A stretch of 64,000 bases of DNA, taken from Octopus sinensis. Taxonomy: Eukaryota. This document shows positions 15,578 through 30,149 of the stretch, one piece after another. The translations under genes were made by a program, and so were the position numbers. The stretch lies in contig NC_043002.1 in assembly GCF_006345805.1 (NCBI RefSeq), positions 7,378,001-7,442,000 of the forward strand. The letters are read 5' to 3'. The first letter of the stretch is position 1, and each line of letters opens with the position of its first letter. Below the pieces are notes generated by a model. It was not told the DNA's origin. It saw only the letters and a program-made list of their open reading frames with translations, and did no database searches.

Positions 15578-15897
15578 CACACACACATATATATATATAT
15601 ATACACGCACGCACGCATGCACATATACATTCACATACACTCATTCTTTGTCTATGATGCTTTTTCCTCGCGGTGTGTTTGTGTGATGTTCATTGACTCT
15701 ACGTCTGCGTCTAAGATTACCTATATATCCTACACTTTGATCTTAGCCAAAAGGCCAGGCTATTCTTTATGATATATTTAGTTATACCATCTTACGGATG
15801 TTTCGTTAACACATTGACATAATTGATTATTGGTTACATAATGTAGATTATATATACATATATATATATATATATAACAAATGAAAGACAGAAGATG

Positions 15898-15942
<45 letters not shown>

Positions 15943-15944
15943 GT

Positions 15945-16140
15945 GTGTGTGTCCTCAACATCGTTTTACAACCGATGTTGGTGTGTTTACGTCCCCGTAA
16001 CTTAGCGGTTCGGTGAATGGAACGGATAAAATAAGCACCAGACTTACAAAGAATAAGTTCTGGTGCCGATTTGTTCGACTAAAGGCGGTGCTCCAGCATG
16101 GGGGCAATCAAATGACTGAAACCAAGAAAAGAGTAGAGTA
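15945..16140 (+). mobile_element. SINE family B, 3' half
   Basis: 'caaccgatgttggtgtgtttacgtccccgtaacttagcggttcgg...gactaaaggcggtgctccagcatgg...aaatgactgaaac'. Confidence 0.75.
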
Positions 16141-16214
16141 TATATATATTATTTGATAGAATGCCACGCATCCATTTCGAAGTAAGTATATATATTCTTT
16201 TATTCTCTTACTTC

Positions 16215-16372
16215 ATTATCACCACCACTTAACGCCTGTTGTCCATGCTGGCATGTGTTGGACGGTTTGACCAAGGCTGGTAAGCTGGAAGGCTGCACCA
16301 GACTCCAGTCTGATCTGGCATGGCTTTCTATGACTGGATGTCCTACCTAACGCTAACCTATCCGAAAGTTCA
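16215..16372 (-). mobile_element. SINE/LINE 3' fragment with RTE-like tail
   Basis: Minus strand 'gcgttaggtaggacatccagtcatagaaag...ccaacacatgccagcatggacaacaggcgttaagtggtggtgat'; similar tail module at ~22320-22395. Confidence 0.5.
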
Positions 16373-16494
16373 ATCATTTGACTGTAGTCATGCTGGAGCA
16401 ATTTATATATAAGCATAATATACATACATATACATACATATACATACATATACATATATATATATATATCAAATATACACACACAGATTATATA

Positions 16495-16543
<49 letters not shown>

Positions 16544-17448
16544 ACAGGCGCATACATGTCATATACGCATGAGTGTACGTGCGGTCACGCGCGAACCGAT
16601 GTTTGTTTGTTGGTTGGTTAGTTGATATACATTACATAAAGTGGTGGGATAAGTGTGAAAAAAAAATAGAGACATTGGGGTGGTCTTAGCATAAAATGTT
16701 CTGAAAAATACACAATTTTTATGAAATTTTATGAAATAGGATTTCCATGGATTATGCAAATAAAATATTAAAAAAATAATAGCATATGTTTATTGTAAAT
16801 AGACAAACGAGAAAATTATATGCTTAATCGTGATTCAAGATAATATTTTTCGATTGATATCTACTTTTCATTTCATCATTATGTAGAAGCACCTAGAAGT
16901 ATGATAAAAGTTTAAAATTAATATATTTATGCCGTATTTTCTGCATTTATCCATGGCCGAAAGAGTATACTTCCCAATGTATCTGTTTATAACATGGGTA
17001 ACACTCCAGTTTATATACATAATATAACATATATGTATACATGATAGTACATGTGTTACGTATTTGTAATATTGTGACACACTAGCAAATATATATAGAG
17101 AGAGGGAGTATGAGATGAATGGATGTATATACACGCACATATGGTTGAATTGAACAGCGAAGAGCAGTACGAATAGCAGTTTTGAAATAGTTTGATCACT
17201 TGTTGATCCGTTGATAAATAAGCAAGATGTCGCCCGCTGAAAGAAACCATTTGTTTATTCATAGCAATGTCTTATTTTACAACGAAGATGGCCAATATTT
17301 CTCACACATCTCCCATCTCATAGAAAACACTTATTGATATCTATTTCAACCCCAACCCCCACATCGCATCTTTCCAAACAATTTATTTAGAACTGCATTA
17401 TCTAAGGGGATTTTTTTTAACAGTGGGGTTTAATTTGAAGGGTATTTT

Positions 17449-17687
17449 GGCGGCGAGCTGGCTGAAACGTTAGCACGTCGGGCGAAATGCGTAGCCGTAT
17501 TTCGTCTACCGTTACGTTCTGAGTTCAAATTCCACCAAGGTCGACTTTGCCTTTCATCCTTTCGGGGTTGGTAAATTAAGTACCAGCTACGCACTGGGGT
17601 CGATGCAATCGACTTAATCCGTTTGTCTGTCCTTGTTTGTCCTGTCTGTGTTTAGCCCCTTGTGGGTAGTAAAGAAATAGGTATTTT
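17449..17687 (+). mobile_element. tRNA-derived SINE family A, monomer with tail 1
   Basis: A-box-like 'gagctggctgaaacgttag', B-box 'gagttcaaattcc', core 'gtcgactttgcctttcatcctttcgggg', tail ending 'gtaaagaaataggtatttt'. Probably one of the published octopus OK/OR SINEs; assignment not verified. Confidence 0.9.
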
Positions 17688-17824
17688 GGCTGTTATTACT
17701 TGCATGTCAACTAGCAATATATTGAATCACTCAATGGTTCAAAGCTAACATGTTATTGTTTAATCCCTGAATTGCCCTACGATCAAAAGTATTCCAGACG
17801 CGATTGTACTGCGTTTATCCCTGG

Positions 17825-18332
17825 TGTGTGGTTAAGAATTTCACGTCACTAACACATGGTTTCGTGTTCAGTCCCAAGGCGCGTCGTCTTAGGTGAGTGA
17901 TTTCTACTATAACCCGGACAAACCAATGCTTTGTGAACGGGTGTGATAACTGTTTGAGAGTAGACGTCATGTATATATATATATGTGTATGTGTGTGTGT
18001 ATGTGCGCGTATGTGTGTGCGTATGTGCGTGTGTTTATGTGTGTATGTACGTGTGTATGTGTGTGTATCTGTGTGTGTTTGTGTATGTGCGTGTGTGTAT
18101 GTGTGTACGTGTGTATGCCTGTATCTGTGTGTGTTTGTGTGTGCGTGTATGTGCGTGCGTGTGTGTGTGTGTGTACGTGTGTATGCCTGTATCTGTGTGC
18201 GTGTGTGTGTGCGTGTATGTGCGTGTGTGTATGTGTGTACGTGTGTATGCCTGTATCTGTGTGTGTTTGTGTGTGCGTGTATGTGCGTGTGTGTGTGTGT
18301 GTGTGTGAGTACGTGTGTATGTGCGCGCGCGC

Positions 18333-18363
<31 letters not shown>

Positions 18364-18565
18364 CACACACACACACCTTTGTGTTTATCCTCACACCAGT
18401 TGATTCACTGGTTTCTTTCCCTTCCCGTAGCTTAGCAGAAAAGAACAAAAACAATGATATGAAAAGTACTAAACTTTTAAAACCAGTACAAATAGTAGGA
18501 CCTTCACGCCGGTGCCCCAGCATGACCGCAATCCAATGATCGAAACAAATAATCGAATAAAGCAA
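17825..18565 (+). mobile_element. old SINE family B copy with an expanded internal (TG)-rich VNTR (~17970-18375)
   Basis: Decayed head, then repeated 'gtgtacgtgtgtatgcctgtatctgtgtg' units, then a decayed 3' half 'ggtgccccagcatgaccgcaatccaatgatcgaaacaa'. Confidence 0.5.
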
Positions 18566-19039
18566 TAATGTATCTACTAGGGCTATGTTATCAAATGTTG
18601 TTTTTACTAATTAATCGTTAATTGAGGGATAATTTTGACTGCCTATTTTAAAACATCGAGCGTTGCCTGTTTGATTTCTGACTGCGCCAAGTTCGCTGGG
18701 TGTGGTGAAGTGTATCGATTGATTCACACCAGTAGTACGGCAACTGGTATTTGATTTATCTATCCAGAGAGGACGAAAGTCTTGAACTGATCGAGTACTA
18801 CATGACATCCAGTGCACTACAGTGCAGTGGTAGGCACTAAGCTGTATTAAAAAGCATTGCAATCCGCGAGCTCTGCAGTCTTTGTAAGTGAGTGTATTTA
18901 TACGTAAGTGTGCGTGTGAGCGCAAATGAGTTATATATAGTCGGTGGTTCTACAGTTCGTCAATAAATATTTCCTGTGTGTATGTGTGTGAGGGAGTACT
19001 GTGTGCCTGTATATGCATTTACACATAACTGTGACTATA

Positions 19040-19255
19040 AATGCCACACACACATACATACATACATACATACATACATACATACATACATACACACATA
19101 CATACATACATACATACATACATACATACATACATACATACATACATACATACAAATATTGTACATGTAATAAACATAAACACGAGTTTCTTTCTCCGAC
19201 ACGCACATGTCTATGATGATAGATAGAGAGATACACACATATACATATACACACT

Positions 19256-19314
<59 letters not shown>

Positions 19315-19720
19315 GTATATATATATACATATATATACATATATATATATGTATATATATATACATATATATGTATACATATATATATGTATGTATATAT
19401 ATACATATATATGTATATATATATATGTATATATGTACATATATATATATATGTACATATATGTATATATATGTACATATATATATATATGTACATATAT
19501 ATATGTACATATATATATATATGTACATATATATATATATGTACATATATATGTACATATATATATATGTACATATATATGTACATATATATATATGTAC
19601 ATATATATATGTACATATATATATGTACATATATATATGTACATATATATATGTACATATATATATATGTACATATATATATATATATATATGTACATAT
19701 ATATATATATATATATGTAC

Positions 19721-19745
<25 letters not shown>
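19040..19745. repeat. (ATAC)n plus (ATATATGTAC)-type minisatellite
   Basis: Many tandem 'gtacatatatat' units of variable length at 19430-19730. Confidence 0.95.
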
Positions 19746-19756
<11 letters not shown>

Positions 19757-20475
19757 GGGGAGAGAGAGAGATAACCTGCGTTCTATATAAAATGATGGAA
19801 TTATTGATAGATGTTTTCATGTGGAAGCGCCGGTACACACTCCTACACACACACACACACACACACTTGTATGTGGGTGGAAGCTTCCACGTGAGAACAT
19901 CTATCAATTCTATCATCTTATACAGAACACAGATTCGATATCACACACACATACACACACACACACACACAGAACACTCAGACATACAAGACGCATCGTA
20001 TACGCATATGCACACATGTCTGCATTCGCACATACAATTAATCCACAGAGTGCTTCTCTTCTAAAATGCCATTTCCATAGTATAATGTTCAACTTTATAT
20101 ACATCCTCGTTTCTCATCTACTCCACGGCGACGACCACCACAAACAACAACTACCACCATCACCCACCCACCCCCCGGCACCACTACCGCAACTATCCTC
20201 TACCTGTAGCCTTGGCTCCGTTCGTGAAAGTACCATAATTGCACTGCATTTTCAAACATTACACTGTGAATGTGAAAAAAATACGCGCATGCGCGAGTGC
20301 GCGTGCGTGTGAGCTTGGTGTGTGTGTGAGTGTGTAAAGGACTTAGTGCGTTTGAGAGTGGACTACGGTGTGTGTGTGTTTCTGGTATGTTGCTGTTGTT
20401 GATGCTCTCCTCTTGCAGTGGATAAATTCTTTGAAGAATTCATTGTTTTGTGAACTCAAGAAAACGATAAATCAC

Positions 20476-20508
<33 letters not shown>

Positions 20509-20962
20509 GGTAGTAGTAGTAGTAAACCGACAAGAAATCCTAAATAAAAAAAATGGATTTCCCTTGAAAACTCTCCCCCACTCCCACCCCTACGTACACG
20601 CAGATTCTACTCCTCTCCACCAGACTATACTACCACCACCACCACCACCACCACCATTACCACCACCACCTATCTTATACTTCATAATCTATTAAAGATG
20701 TTATAATGTAGAAAGGCTGTACGATTCCTTATAGTTCGTTTCCTTTGATTTCTGCAGTGTTGTAAATCTCGTTATAGAGATATACACAGGCATCCCATAC
20801 ACACACGTATATAAATATATATGCATTGTGCATATAAATATACGTGAATGCATATGTATATATACATGTGAATGCATATACATATATACATACACGTACG
20901 AATGCATACATACACATACGAATGCATACATACACATACGAATGCATACATACACATACGAA

Positions 20963-21017
<55 letters not shown>

Positions 21018-22149
21018 ACACAGACACTGACACTCAGGCACAAATATGTGTAGGTATGTATGTATATATACACACACACACACGATCAATTTTTGTTTCA
21101 GGTGAAATGAAGAAATAGCGAATCAGGTTACATATGCTTTGAATGACGAATGCTCACACATACATACACACATGAATATGTTTGTGTGAGAGAGTTATGG
21201 AAAGGGAATGAGATAGAATTCATGCAAGAATCTTTCTGCGTATATATAAAAGTGTTTGTGTAGATAGATCTAAAATTATTTTGAAGTTAATCCGAAGAAA
21301 ATTGAGTCCGTATTTTCTTATGTTATTATTGCTGTTCATGGTAGCGGTGATGTTGGCAATGGGGAAAGTATAGTGATGCCAACAATAATAATATATAAAT
21401 ATTATTATTGTTGGCATCGCCTATACAATGAGTCGAATGAAAATGTTCTTCCTCATGAACTGGCCAAACAAAATACTTACGGGCATTTCGTCTGCCCGTA
21501 AGGTCAAATTCTGAGTTCAAATTCCTTTCGGGGGTCGATAAAATAAGTACATGTTGAGCACTGGTGGTCGATGTAATCGACTGCACTCCTCCCTCGAAAT
21601 AGCTACCCTTGCCAGTAGAGAGATAATATCATTAACTCCTCAGAGAATTTGTATTTTTTCAGATTCATTACGTTTTGTACTCAAAACCTATCGAGACCAA
21701 CTTTGCATTTGATTCTTTCGGTGTCGATAAGATCTAGTCCTGTCAAATACTGGGGTTGATGTATTCATCCAATCCCCAAACCCCAAAATTCAACCCTCCT
21801 CCAGAAGGAAAAAGAAAATAATTATTAGATTGGTATAGTTAAAGCTTCGGATAAAATGCCCTGTGATATTTCTTCCGGTTCGTTACATTTTGAGTTCAAA
21901 TTTTACCATGGTCAGCTTTGCCTTTCATCCTTTCGAGATCGATAAAATAAAGTATTGATCATGCAGTAGAGCCGATATTGCTTTAAGTTCAAAAGCTACT
22001 AACTTTGTAACCAAATCGAAAATATTTATTATTAGTTTATTCTTTTAGTGAAATTAGTGAGATTTACCTTTTTAACGAGTATTTTCAGAAGCAGTAAGAA
22101 GTTATTTACATGTTATTGTAGATGATGATGATCAACATAATATGAGTGT

Positions 22150-22395
22150 ATGAGAGGCCAGGGTGTGTTTGTGTCTCCCTGGCCTTATATCACACGGGAG
22201 TCGGAAACGAGCGTCACCCTCATGCAAGCGGTGATATTTGTTTCCAGTTAATTTTTCTCTGGAAATATATCTGGCCATGGTGAAACATTATCTGGCCTGT
22301 GGGAACAGAAATGGCAAGGCCAAAGAAAGGGCATTCGGCCGTATAAAATCAGCCTCAACGAATCCTGCACAGAAAAATGGAAAATGATGATGGCG
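22150..22395 (+). mobile_element. SINE 3' module B2 (alternative 3' half of family B) with RTE-like tail
   Basis: 'gtcaccctcatgcaagcggtg...ggccatggtgaaacattat...aagggcattcggccgtataaaatcagcctc...aaaatgatgatg'; homologous to 39520-39665, which follows a B head. Confidence 0.5.
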
Positions 22396-22837
22396 ACAAT
22401 TGTCTTTGGCCCCATGTAAAACATGATTTAGCAAACTTATGATCAAAAGCTTTTCAGGCATGACAATCCCGACTCATTCCTTCCCATCTTCGGGAGACCA
22501 TGTCCACAATATTCAACAAGTCGGATATGTAACTCATCGCAGGTACCTTTTGGTAATGTCTCCGACATTTTGATCCTCGATTTAAGTAGCGTATTTATAT
22601 ATACATGCTTTAGTTGTGATAACGAACATAGTCATAGTGGATGAGTAAGATTAAGAGAGAGAGAGAGAGAGAGATTGCGTGAGTGAGTGACAGAGTAAAG
22701 GGGAACTGTGGAGTGAGGAATATCTGGTTGTCATGGAAACTATCATATTGTTGTTAGTACTCTGCTGTCTAATTTTATCTATCATTATGTTTATATATGT
22801 ATATATCTCAGCTGCCAATCAATTTCACTCTATCTCA

Positions 22838-22878
<41 letters not shown>

Positions 22879-23090
22879 CCTTTCTTTCTTTCTTGTTGTC
22901 TCACGACACACACACATATATATATATAATTGCGTGAATATATTTAGATATCGATCGATCATATCCATTTATTTAGTTGTGTAGCAATCACTTTATCAAT
23001 TTGTGTATCTATCAGTCTTTGTATCTATCTATCTATCTATCTGTTTAACTCTATAGTTCCCATTCTCTCTCTTGTATGCATATGTGTGTG

Positions 23091-23171
<81 letters not shown>

Positions 23172-23422
23172 GCAAACAGGCGGACCGACAGACGGACAAT
23201 ATCTCTTTAGCAACTAAATAGATAAGTGAAAAAAATTTTACGACGCTTTTCAGTGACAGGCGGGTGTTGTACAGTTAACATTGTTAACGTCGCAGTGAAC
23301 TGTCTCCACCATCTGGTTTCGAACGTTGGCTGCAGTGATTTCCAGTGAAGTTATTAATACTGTGGATGGACATCACGAATGGCGCACCACTCTTTACACA
23401 CTTTCTCTAAAATAACATAACA

Positions 23423-23831
23423 GGCAGCGAGCTGGCGGAAATGTTAGCACGCCGGGCGAAATGCTTAGCGGTATTTCGTCTGCCGTTACGTCGTGAGTTC
23501 AAATTCCGCCGAGGTTGACTTTGCCTTTCATCCTTTCGGAGTCGATAAATTAAGTACCAGTTACGCACTGGGGTCGATGTAATCGACTTAATACCTATGT
23601 CTGTCCTTGTTTGTCCCCTCTATGTTTAGCCCCTTGTGGGTAGTAAATAAATAGGTATTTCGTCTATCGTTACGTTCTGAGTTCAAATTCCGCCGAGGCC
23701 GACTTTAATCCTTTCGGGGTCGATAAATAAAGTACCTGTTTGACACTGGGATCGATGTAATCGACTTAATCCCTTTGTCTGTCCTTGTTTGTCCCCTCTA
23801 TGTTTAGCCCCTTTTGGGCACTAAAGAAATA
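23423..23831 (+). mobile_element. SINE family A, head plus two tandem core-tail units, 14-bp TSD
   Basis: TSD taaaataacataac at 23408-23421 and 23832-23845; internal junction 'ataggtatttcgtctatcgttacg'. Confidence 0.92.
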
Positions 23832-24530
23832 TAAAATAACATAACTGGAACTATGGGATGTTCAATTGGGAACAACTTCTCTGAATATGAGATATTGACG
23901 TCGCTGAGCGAAATATCAGCTCCTCTCGGGGCTGGTTTAGTTATTTATCTGATAAGATATATCCATCACCACATTATTTAATGCAGAGTGTCACCGGAAT
24001 GAAGTTCAGCTATCATTTCCAGTCAATCGTGCGACCATATACGCAAGCTCTGTCATGACTTGACTGGGGAAGGCACACTTCTGCGGGGAAGGAATGTAGC
24101 TGATTTTTTTTAATGTTGGGGTTAAGGTGTTGATTCCTGGACCATGCGACGTATTATCCCCTTCAGCAAAGTACTGCATAACACGTTGTTTGAATATGTT
24201 CGGCGGAAAATGAGTATGAGCAAGTAGCCAGGATGTAGACATTCCGATGGAGAAGAGTTATATCCAGGGAATTAAGGGACTTGTCAAGTGTAACCGTAAT
24301 AACCAACCGACAATCTATTTCTTCTATACGAAAGGTTTGAAGAAAATGTATCGGGTTTGAAGAAAATGTATCGGGTGAGGGAAAGTCAAGCAATGGGTTA
24401 TAATTTTATCATTTGTGAATTAAATGTATAAAATTATCAATGAACGGGTGGATATTCACCGGAAAACGGAGTAAATGGATGTTGCCTCAGATCAGCGACA
24501 TAAGACACATTGTACAGTCATCTATAAGAT

Positions 24531-24705
24531 CCGTGGAATAAGCTGCCGGACGAGATAGTGAAGATGCCGACGACCGCTCGGTTCAAAGTCTCTCTTGACC
24601 AGAAATGGCCTGAACTCTTTGTATGACCACCCTCCCTGTACATAACTCCCTGTCCCCCTACATGGCCTTGCTTTTGCTTTTTGAACCAATAAAAATTGAA
24701 TTGAA
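24531..24705 (+). mobile_element. CR1/L2-type LINE, 5'-truncated 3' end
   Basis: Translates PWNKLPDEIVKMPTTARFKVSLDQKWPELFV* (stop ends 24626), followed by a 3' UTR homologous to that of 57400-57900; tail (ATTGA)-like. Confidence 0.85.
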
Positions 24706-25185
24706 AAACAAAAAACTAGCTCGACCAGCAAAAAGTTGCAGTGAGAGCTCTCTCAGATGACAACCTACTGTCACATAAAAGAAACCCACCAAAGATACGT
24801 TTCCCGAAAAAGTACAAGGTGTTCATACCTAGAATATGTTCGAGAATTTTTGAGGTCTTGCTTGATTGGGGCTGATGTGGAACAACTATAACAACACCAA
24901 AACCAGTTGCAGTAATGTCGACCTACTAATTCGGTGAACTGTGAATCTTATCTTTAAGCGGGGGGAGGAGGGACAAGAAGCAACATAATAAAACATTAAG
25001 TAATTCATCTAATCTGGTCCCCATTATAAAGTAGTTTAAGCGCCGTGAAAGGAGCAAATATTGTGAAACTATTGGCATCTTACTTACCTGTTGGCTAGAC
25101 ACCAAGAAATTTCAGTTAATTTCTAGAGCATTGCCCTCTAATTTATTGCACGGCACGTTTCCTTCCCAAAAGTAATTTTGTTGAT

Positions 25186-25241
<56 letters not shown>

Positions 25242-25395
25242 TGCATACGTATGGGCGTGTGCATAAATTTATATGAATTTACACACAAATTGATGCACAC
25301 ACACATATATATATACTACATGCACACACGTATACTTATGTGTGTGTTTATGTATATATATTGGCATGGATATATGTGTGTGTGTATGTATGTAT

Positions 25396-25440
<45 letters not shown>

Positions 25441-25514
25441 ATCATATAAGAGTATACATATCGATACGTATACTTATGTGTGTGTGTGGTGTGTATACAC
25501 TTAACTATATATAT

Positions 25515-25556
<42 letters not shown>

Positions 25557-25838
25557 TTTGTGTATATACACACATACGCACACACATTATCCATGCATAG
25601 GTGTATATCTGGGTGGGTGCGTGAAGTGTCAAAAAATATAGGTACGAAAGTGTGTGTGTGTGAAGAGGGGGCACGGTTAGTTACAATTCATGATGTAGGC
25701 TTTCTTCAAAATGACAGAAACATGACATTGATGTATAATCAGAGAACATCTCATACACTCAAGAGGAAATATTGTTTCGTGAATATGTTTGGCAACAAGG
25801 ACATCACATACATATAGACACACACACACACACATATA

Positions 25839-25874
<36 letters not shown>

Positions 25875-27009
25875 AAAGTGTGTGTGCTTGTTGACGTCAT
25901 GTAAATTTGGAAACTTCGAGAGAACGTGAAATAATTCGGTGGCGGATGGCGAAGGTGAAGCTGAAACCAACTAAAGTCATAAATAATAGTCTGTAAATAT
26001 TAGGTTAAAACCCTTCAAAAAAAAAAAAGTCAAAAGATGTTCGGGGGACAAGAACCCACACTTTGTGCATGTGTATGTGTGTGTGTCTGTGTGCGTATGA
26101 GTGGGTGTCGGTGTATGTATACATGCACACAGGCACTTACATCGTGGGATTTTGTGCGTCAATGCACATGTAGGTATATGTAAATGGCACAGCGCATTTA
26201 GTCTTATGTTTCCGATTGTGTACACCTTCTTTATCATGCTTTGAAAATTATATTTCACTGAATGTCGTGTGCGCGAGTGTCTTGTTTATTATATGCGTGT
26301 GCGTTTGTCCGAGAATGTCTGCGAGATCAAGTGTATCCTCTATTACATGCTGATAAGAACATATACAAAACCGTATATACGTAGGTGGACATATGAAGCT
26401 GGTAAACCCAGACCGTAAACACGCCCCTTTGTTTTGTTGATAATATACACTTCAAGTCAGTCAAATCCTTAAACGCTTCATTTTCTTTTTGTTCTCAAGC
26501 TCGAAACGGTTAATAAAAAGCAAATATCGCGTTATATACTCAATACACACACACACACACACACACAAACGCTTTCGTCATATAAAGTTTACATTTATTG
26601 TGAATGTGAAATTACGAAATAAAAAGCATAAAGAAAAGAGAGAGAAAGGAAAGAAAAGAGAACTGATATAGCGTTTTATGAGATGACTGTGGGTTATTTA
26701 ATCATTAACGGGAATTATTTCCACAAGGGCAGGTTGATTGTATATATGAAATGAAGTAATGCTTGGTAGCGTGTATATATAAATATAAATGTGTGTGTAT
26801 ATATATATATATATAAACAGGTCGCGGTCTCAAAACGACGAAAATATTTTGACAAATTAAATTTAAATGTTGAAGTGAATCTAACGGTTTTGTGTGTTTC
26901 TTAAATGGCTTATAAACACCTTCCACGCTGCAATTGTTTTCGTTCCAGCACACGATCTCAGATCAAGTCACTCGCTATGGAAGTACATCTCCTATATATA
27001 TATATATAT

Positions 27010-27225
27010 ATATATATATTTCAAAATGTGACCTCGTGTGTACCGTTGGCGATTTTTTTTCCTACGTCTTCCCTTCTCTGGATCTTTCCTTCTCCTATGT
27101 TTCCGACGAAGAGCTCCGCTCGAAACGTTAAACCCTCCTTCTTTCCTTAGCGTCCAATAATACTATATTTGTTCCACGTCCTCGCGTTGTTTTTTTTGTA
27201 CTTTCTTGTTTGGATTAACTATATA
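27010..27225 (+). mobile_element. short non-autonomous repeat between (TA)n tracts, hammerhead-bearing, probably PLE-derived
   Basis: Homologous to 30150-30365 on the minus strand (shared 'cgttggcgatttt..cgtcttcc', 'gctcgaaacgttaaacc', 'ccacgtcctcgcgttgtt'). Confidence 0.7.
27099..27133 (+). ncRNA. minimal type-I hammerhead-like motif (U4C)
   Basis: gttt-CCGACGA-a-gagc(tcc)gctc-GAAAC-GT-T-aaac: 4-bp stem I, 4-bp stem II, loopless ACGT stem III. Confidence 0.6.
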
Positions 27226-27677
27226 TATATATATGGAAGAGCAAAAGGATGTGAGAGCACACCTGTTGATGACAGTCTGACGAAGTGTCAGTATTAGGTT
27301 TCAAATAGTAATTTATTACGTAACGTATCGCATTGAACTTTTGCGTAGAGTACCGTTAAAAGCTGGGAGGTACAGAAACAATTGTAACTGTTTATTAAAC
27401 TTCTGCTAAATTCTTTCTTTGTCTTCTTATTTGGATTACACACACACGCGGACACATAGGTGTATGAGGGATGCATACATAAATATTTATATATACATAA
27501 GCATATGCATTTATATAAACATATGTATACACATATGTAGATATAGATATTCATACACACACACACACACACATATATATAATATATTATACATGCACTT
27601 ATATTCATATAAATACATATATACATATATGTATATATATATACATATATATGTGCATACACACAGAAATATATATA

Positions 27678-27719
<42 letters not shown>

Positions 27720-28278
27720 TACACAAACAGAAATATATATACATCAATATTTATTTACATATTTCTACATAAGTAACAGTGAAATACAGAAATACACAGA
27801 AGCACATATGTACCGCTCTACCGATTATTTCCATAAGAACTTGCTAATTAGTTTATTACTAATAACAACAACTGCCACCATTATTCGTTACCTTGCTAGA
27901 AGACTTCATTCAAAATAATCTAATTAGAATTAGAGGAATACTATAGTCTCAAAGATATTGTCCAAGATTATATGCGAAATCCAGGCAAGACTCAATTCCG
28001 CTAAGGCAAGAAAATAATGAGAAATGTTATAATCAATGAAATTTATTTTCGAATCCGCTAGAAAACTGATATTTCTTTGGGGACTAAATTTCAAAATTCT
28101 ACGGATCAATAGTTCAGGTAAGAGGAGGAGATTTTGGGTTATGAGGTAAATTAATTTTATCAAATATGAGACTTGATGACAGATTAACCGATCACAGCAG
28201 GATTTGAGCATTACATTCCTTGCTGATTGTGACATATATTATATATATGAATGTATATATACATACACAGACACACAC

Positions 28279-28318
<40 letters not shown>

Positions 28319-29265
28319 TATATATTATATATATATAATATGCATGTACACATAAGTACACACACATACGCTCACATATATGTGCACATACATAAATATA
28401 ATATATATATATTATACACATATAAATACATTTACAAATACAAATATATACATATATAAAATACATATATATACATATATCTATATATATATATATATAT
28501 AAATACATATAAATATATATACATATATACGTACATGCATGTATATATATATACATATATATATACATATGTCCATATATATATATATGTATATATATGT
28601 ATATATATGTATATATATCTATATATACATATATGTAACTATATATATATATATATATACATATATGTAACTATATATATATATATACATACATATATAC
28701 ACATATACATATGCATATATATATGTATGTATGTATACATATATAAATAGAGATAAATACACACACACACACACACTGTATACATACAGTGTTATAATTG
28801 TTCCTCCGTTAGGTTGCAATTTCACAGCTGAGGCTGGAGCCATGGATCTCTATATGGGTTCTGTGTTAGCAGGAATATATCATAGTAGAGCAAACAGGAC
28901 AACAAAAACCAAGGCAGGACGAGTATCTCAAGTCATTTACAATATTTAATTAGGGTAAGAAGAATTTTGAGGTTTTACAGCAGTTTCTCGGATATCCCAC
29001 TTGATAGGCTAGCACGTCCGTATTCTGAGCGTTACATTATCAGAGACAAGGCGAGTATGTATGAAAGCTCTAGACAGGTAAAACTCACAGTTTATAAGGA
29101 ATAAAATAGTAGATAGAATAATGAGAAAAACGCTAGGTAGAGGAATACAGGTAGGAAAATAAGGTTCACTGCTCATCTTCTTCCAAACGGTTCATACATA
29201 GAGATACACACACGCAGTCACACGCACACATATATATATATGCATATACACACTGACACACATGA

Positions 29266-29296
<31 letters not shown>

Positions 29297-30149
29297 TAGA
29301 TACATATATATGTATATATGCATACACACACTGACACATGAATATATATATGTATATATATACACACACACATAGATACATATATGTATATATGCATATA
29401 CACACTCACACACATGAATATATATATATACACACACATACATACATAAATATATATATACACACACATACATACATAAATATATATACATACATATTCA
29501 CAGTAACATATATATGTATATATTCACATATATATATATATTCACATAAATATATATATATTCACATACATATATATATATATATATTCACATAAATATA
29601 TATATACGCATACATAAATATTTATATATATATATATATGCACACACACAAATACATATATATATGCACACATAAATACATATATACACACATAAATACA
29701 TATATACACACATTAATACATATATATATATATGGAACTAGATATACACATATATTGATAAATATATATATACATATATAGACATGCCTATATGCATACA
29801 CATGTATATATGTACGTATTACGGAATGACAACGTGGAAATAGTGTGATATTCTAAAAAACGGAAGTGGTTATGGTGATGAACAGGAAGTAGAGACAATA
29901 GCATACAGGAAGTAAATACTTAAAACGAAAGACAGGTAGAAGATGAAGCTATGAACTCCACAAATTATTTTCATAACTTTAGCGTCCTCTTTTCCATACA
30001 TGCGTGCGAGAATGATGTATAGTGGGATAACTTTGCTAAGGCCGAATCCTAGTCATCATCTTTTTCCCAGCAAACCAATACTTCCGCGTGGCCAGAGATA
30101 TTTTCGCGGAATAATAGTAATTAGTGACACCGCTTGAATGAGAGTGGTG

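Noticed and set aside
18931-20064. Long ORFs (up to 293 aa) rich in Y/I/C/V/M/H/T, here and at 10276-10874, 17815-18565, 48468-49347, 52059-53770 and elsewhere
   Set aside because: They are translations of dinucleotide-based microsatellites that lack stop codons in several frames; they overlap on both strands and show no protein-like composition.
20228-20260. 'aattgcact', resembling a miR-92 family seed
   Set aside because: The rest of the mature sequence does not match and no precursor hairpin is visible.
20405-20470. Acceptor-like 'ctctcctcttgcag' followed by VDKFFEEFIVL
   Set aside because: In-frame stop after 11 codons; no supporting donor or neighbouring exons.
27350-27400. GAAAC-AATT-GTA with a palindromic stem III
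   Set aside because: The upstream core and stem II are too degenerate to call.
27930-28230. Possible second PLE endonuclease relic (NFKILRINSSGKRRRF)
   Set aside because: Only one short motif resembles PLE C-termini, the GIY/YIG motifs are not recognisable, and there are multiple stops.
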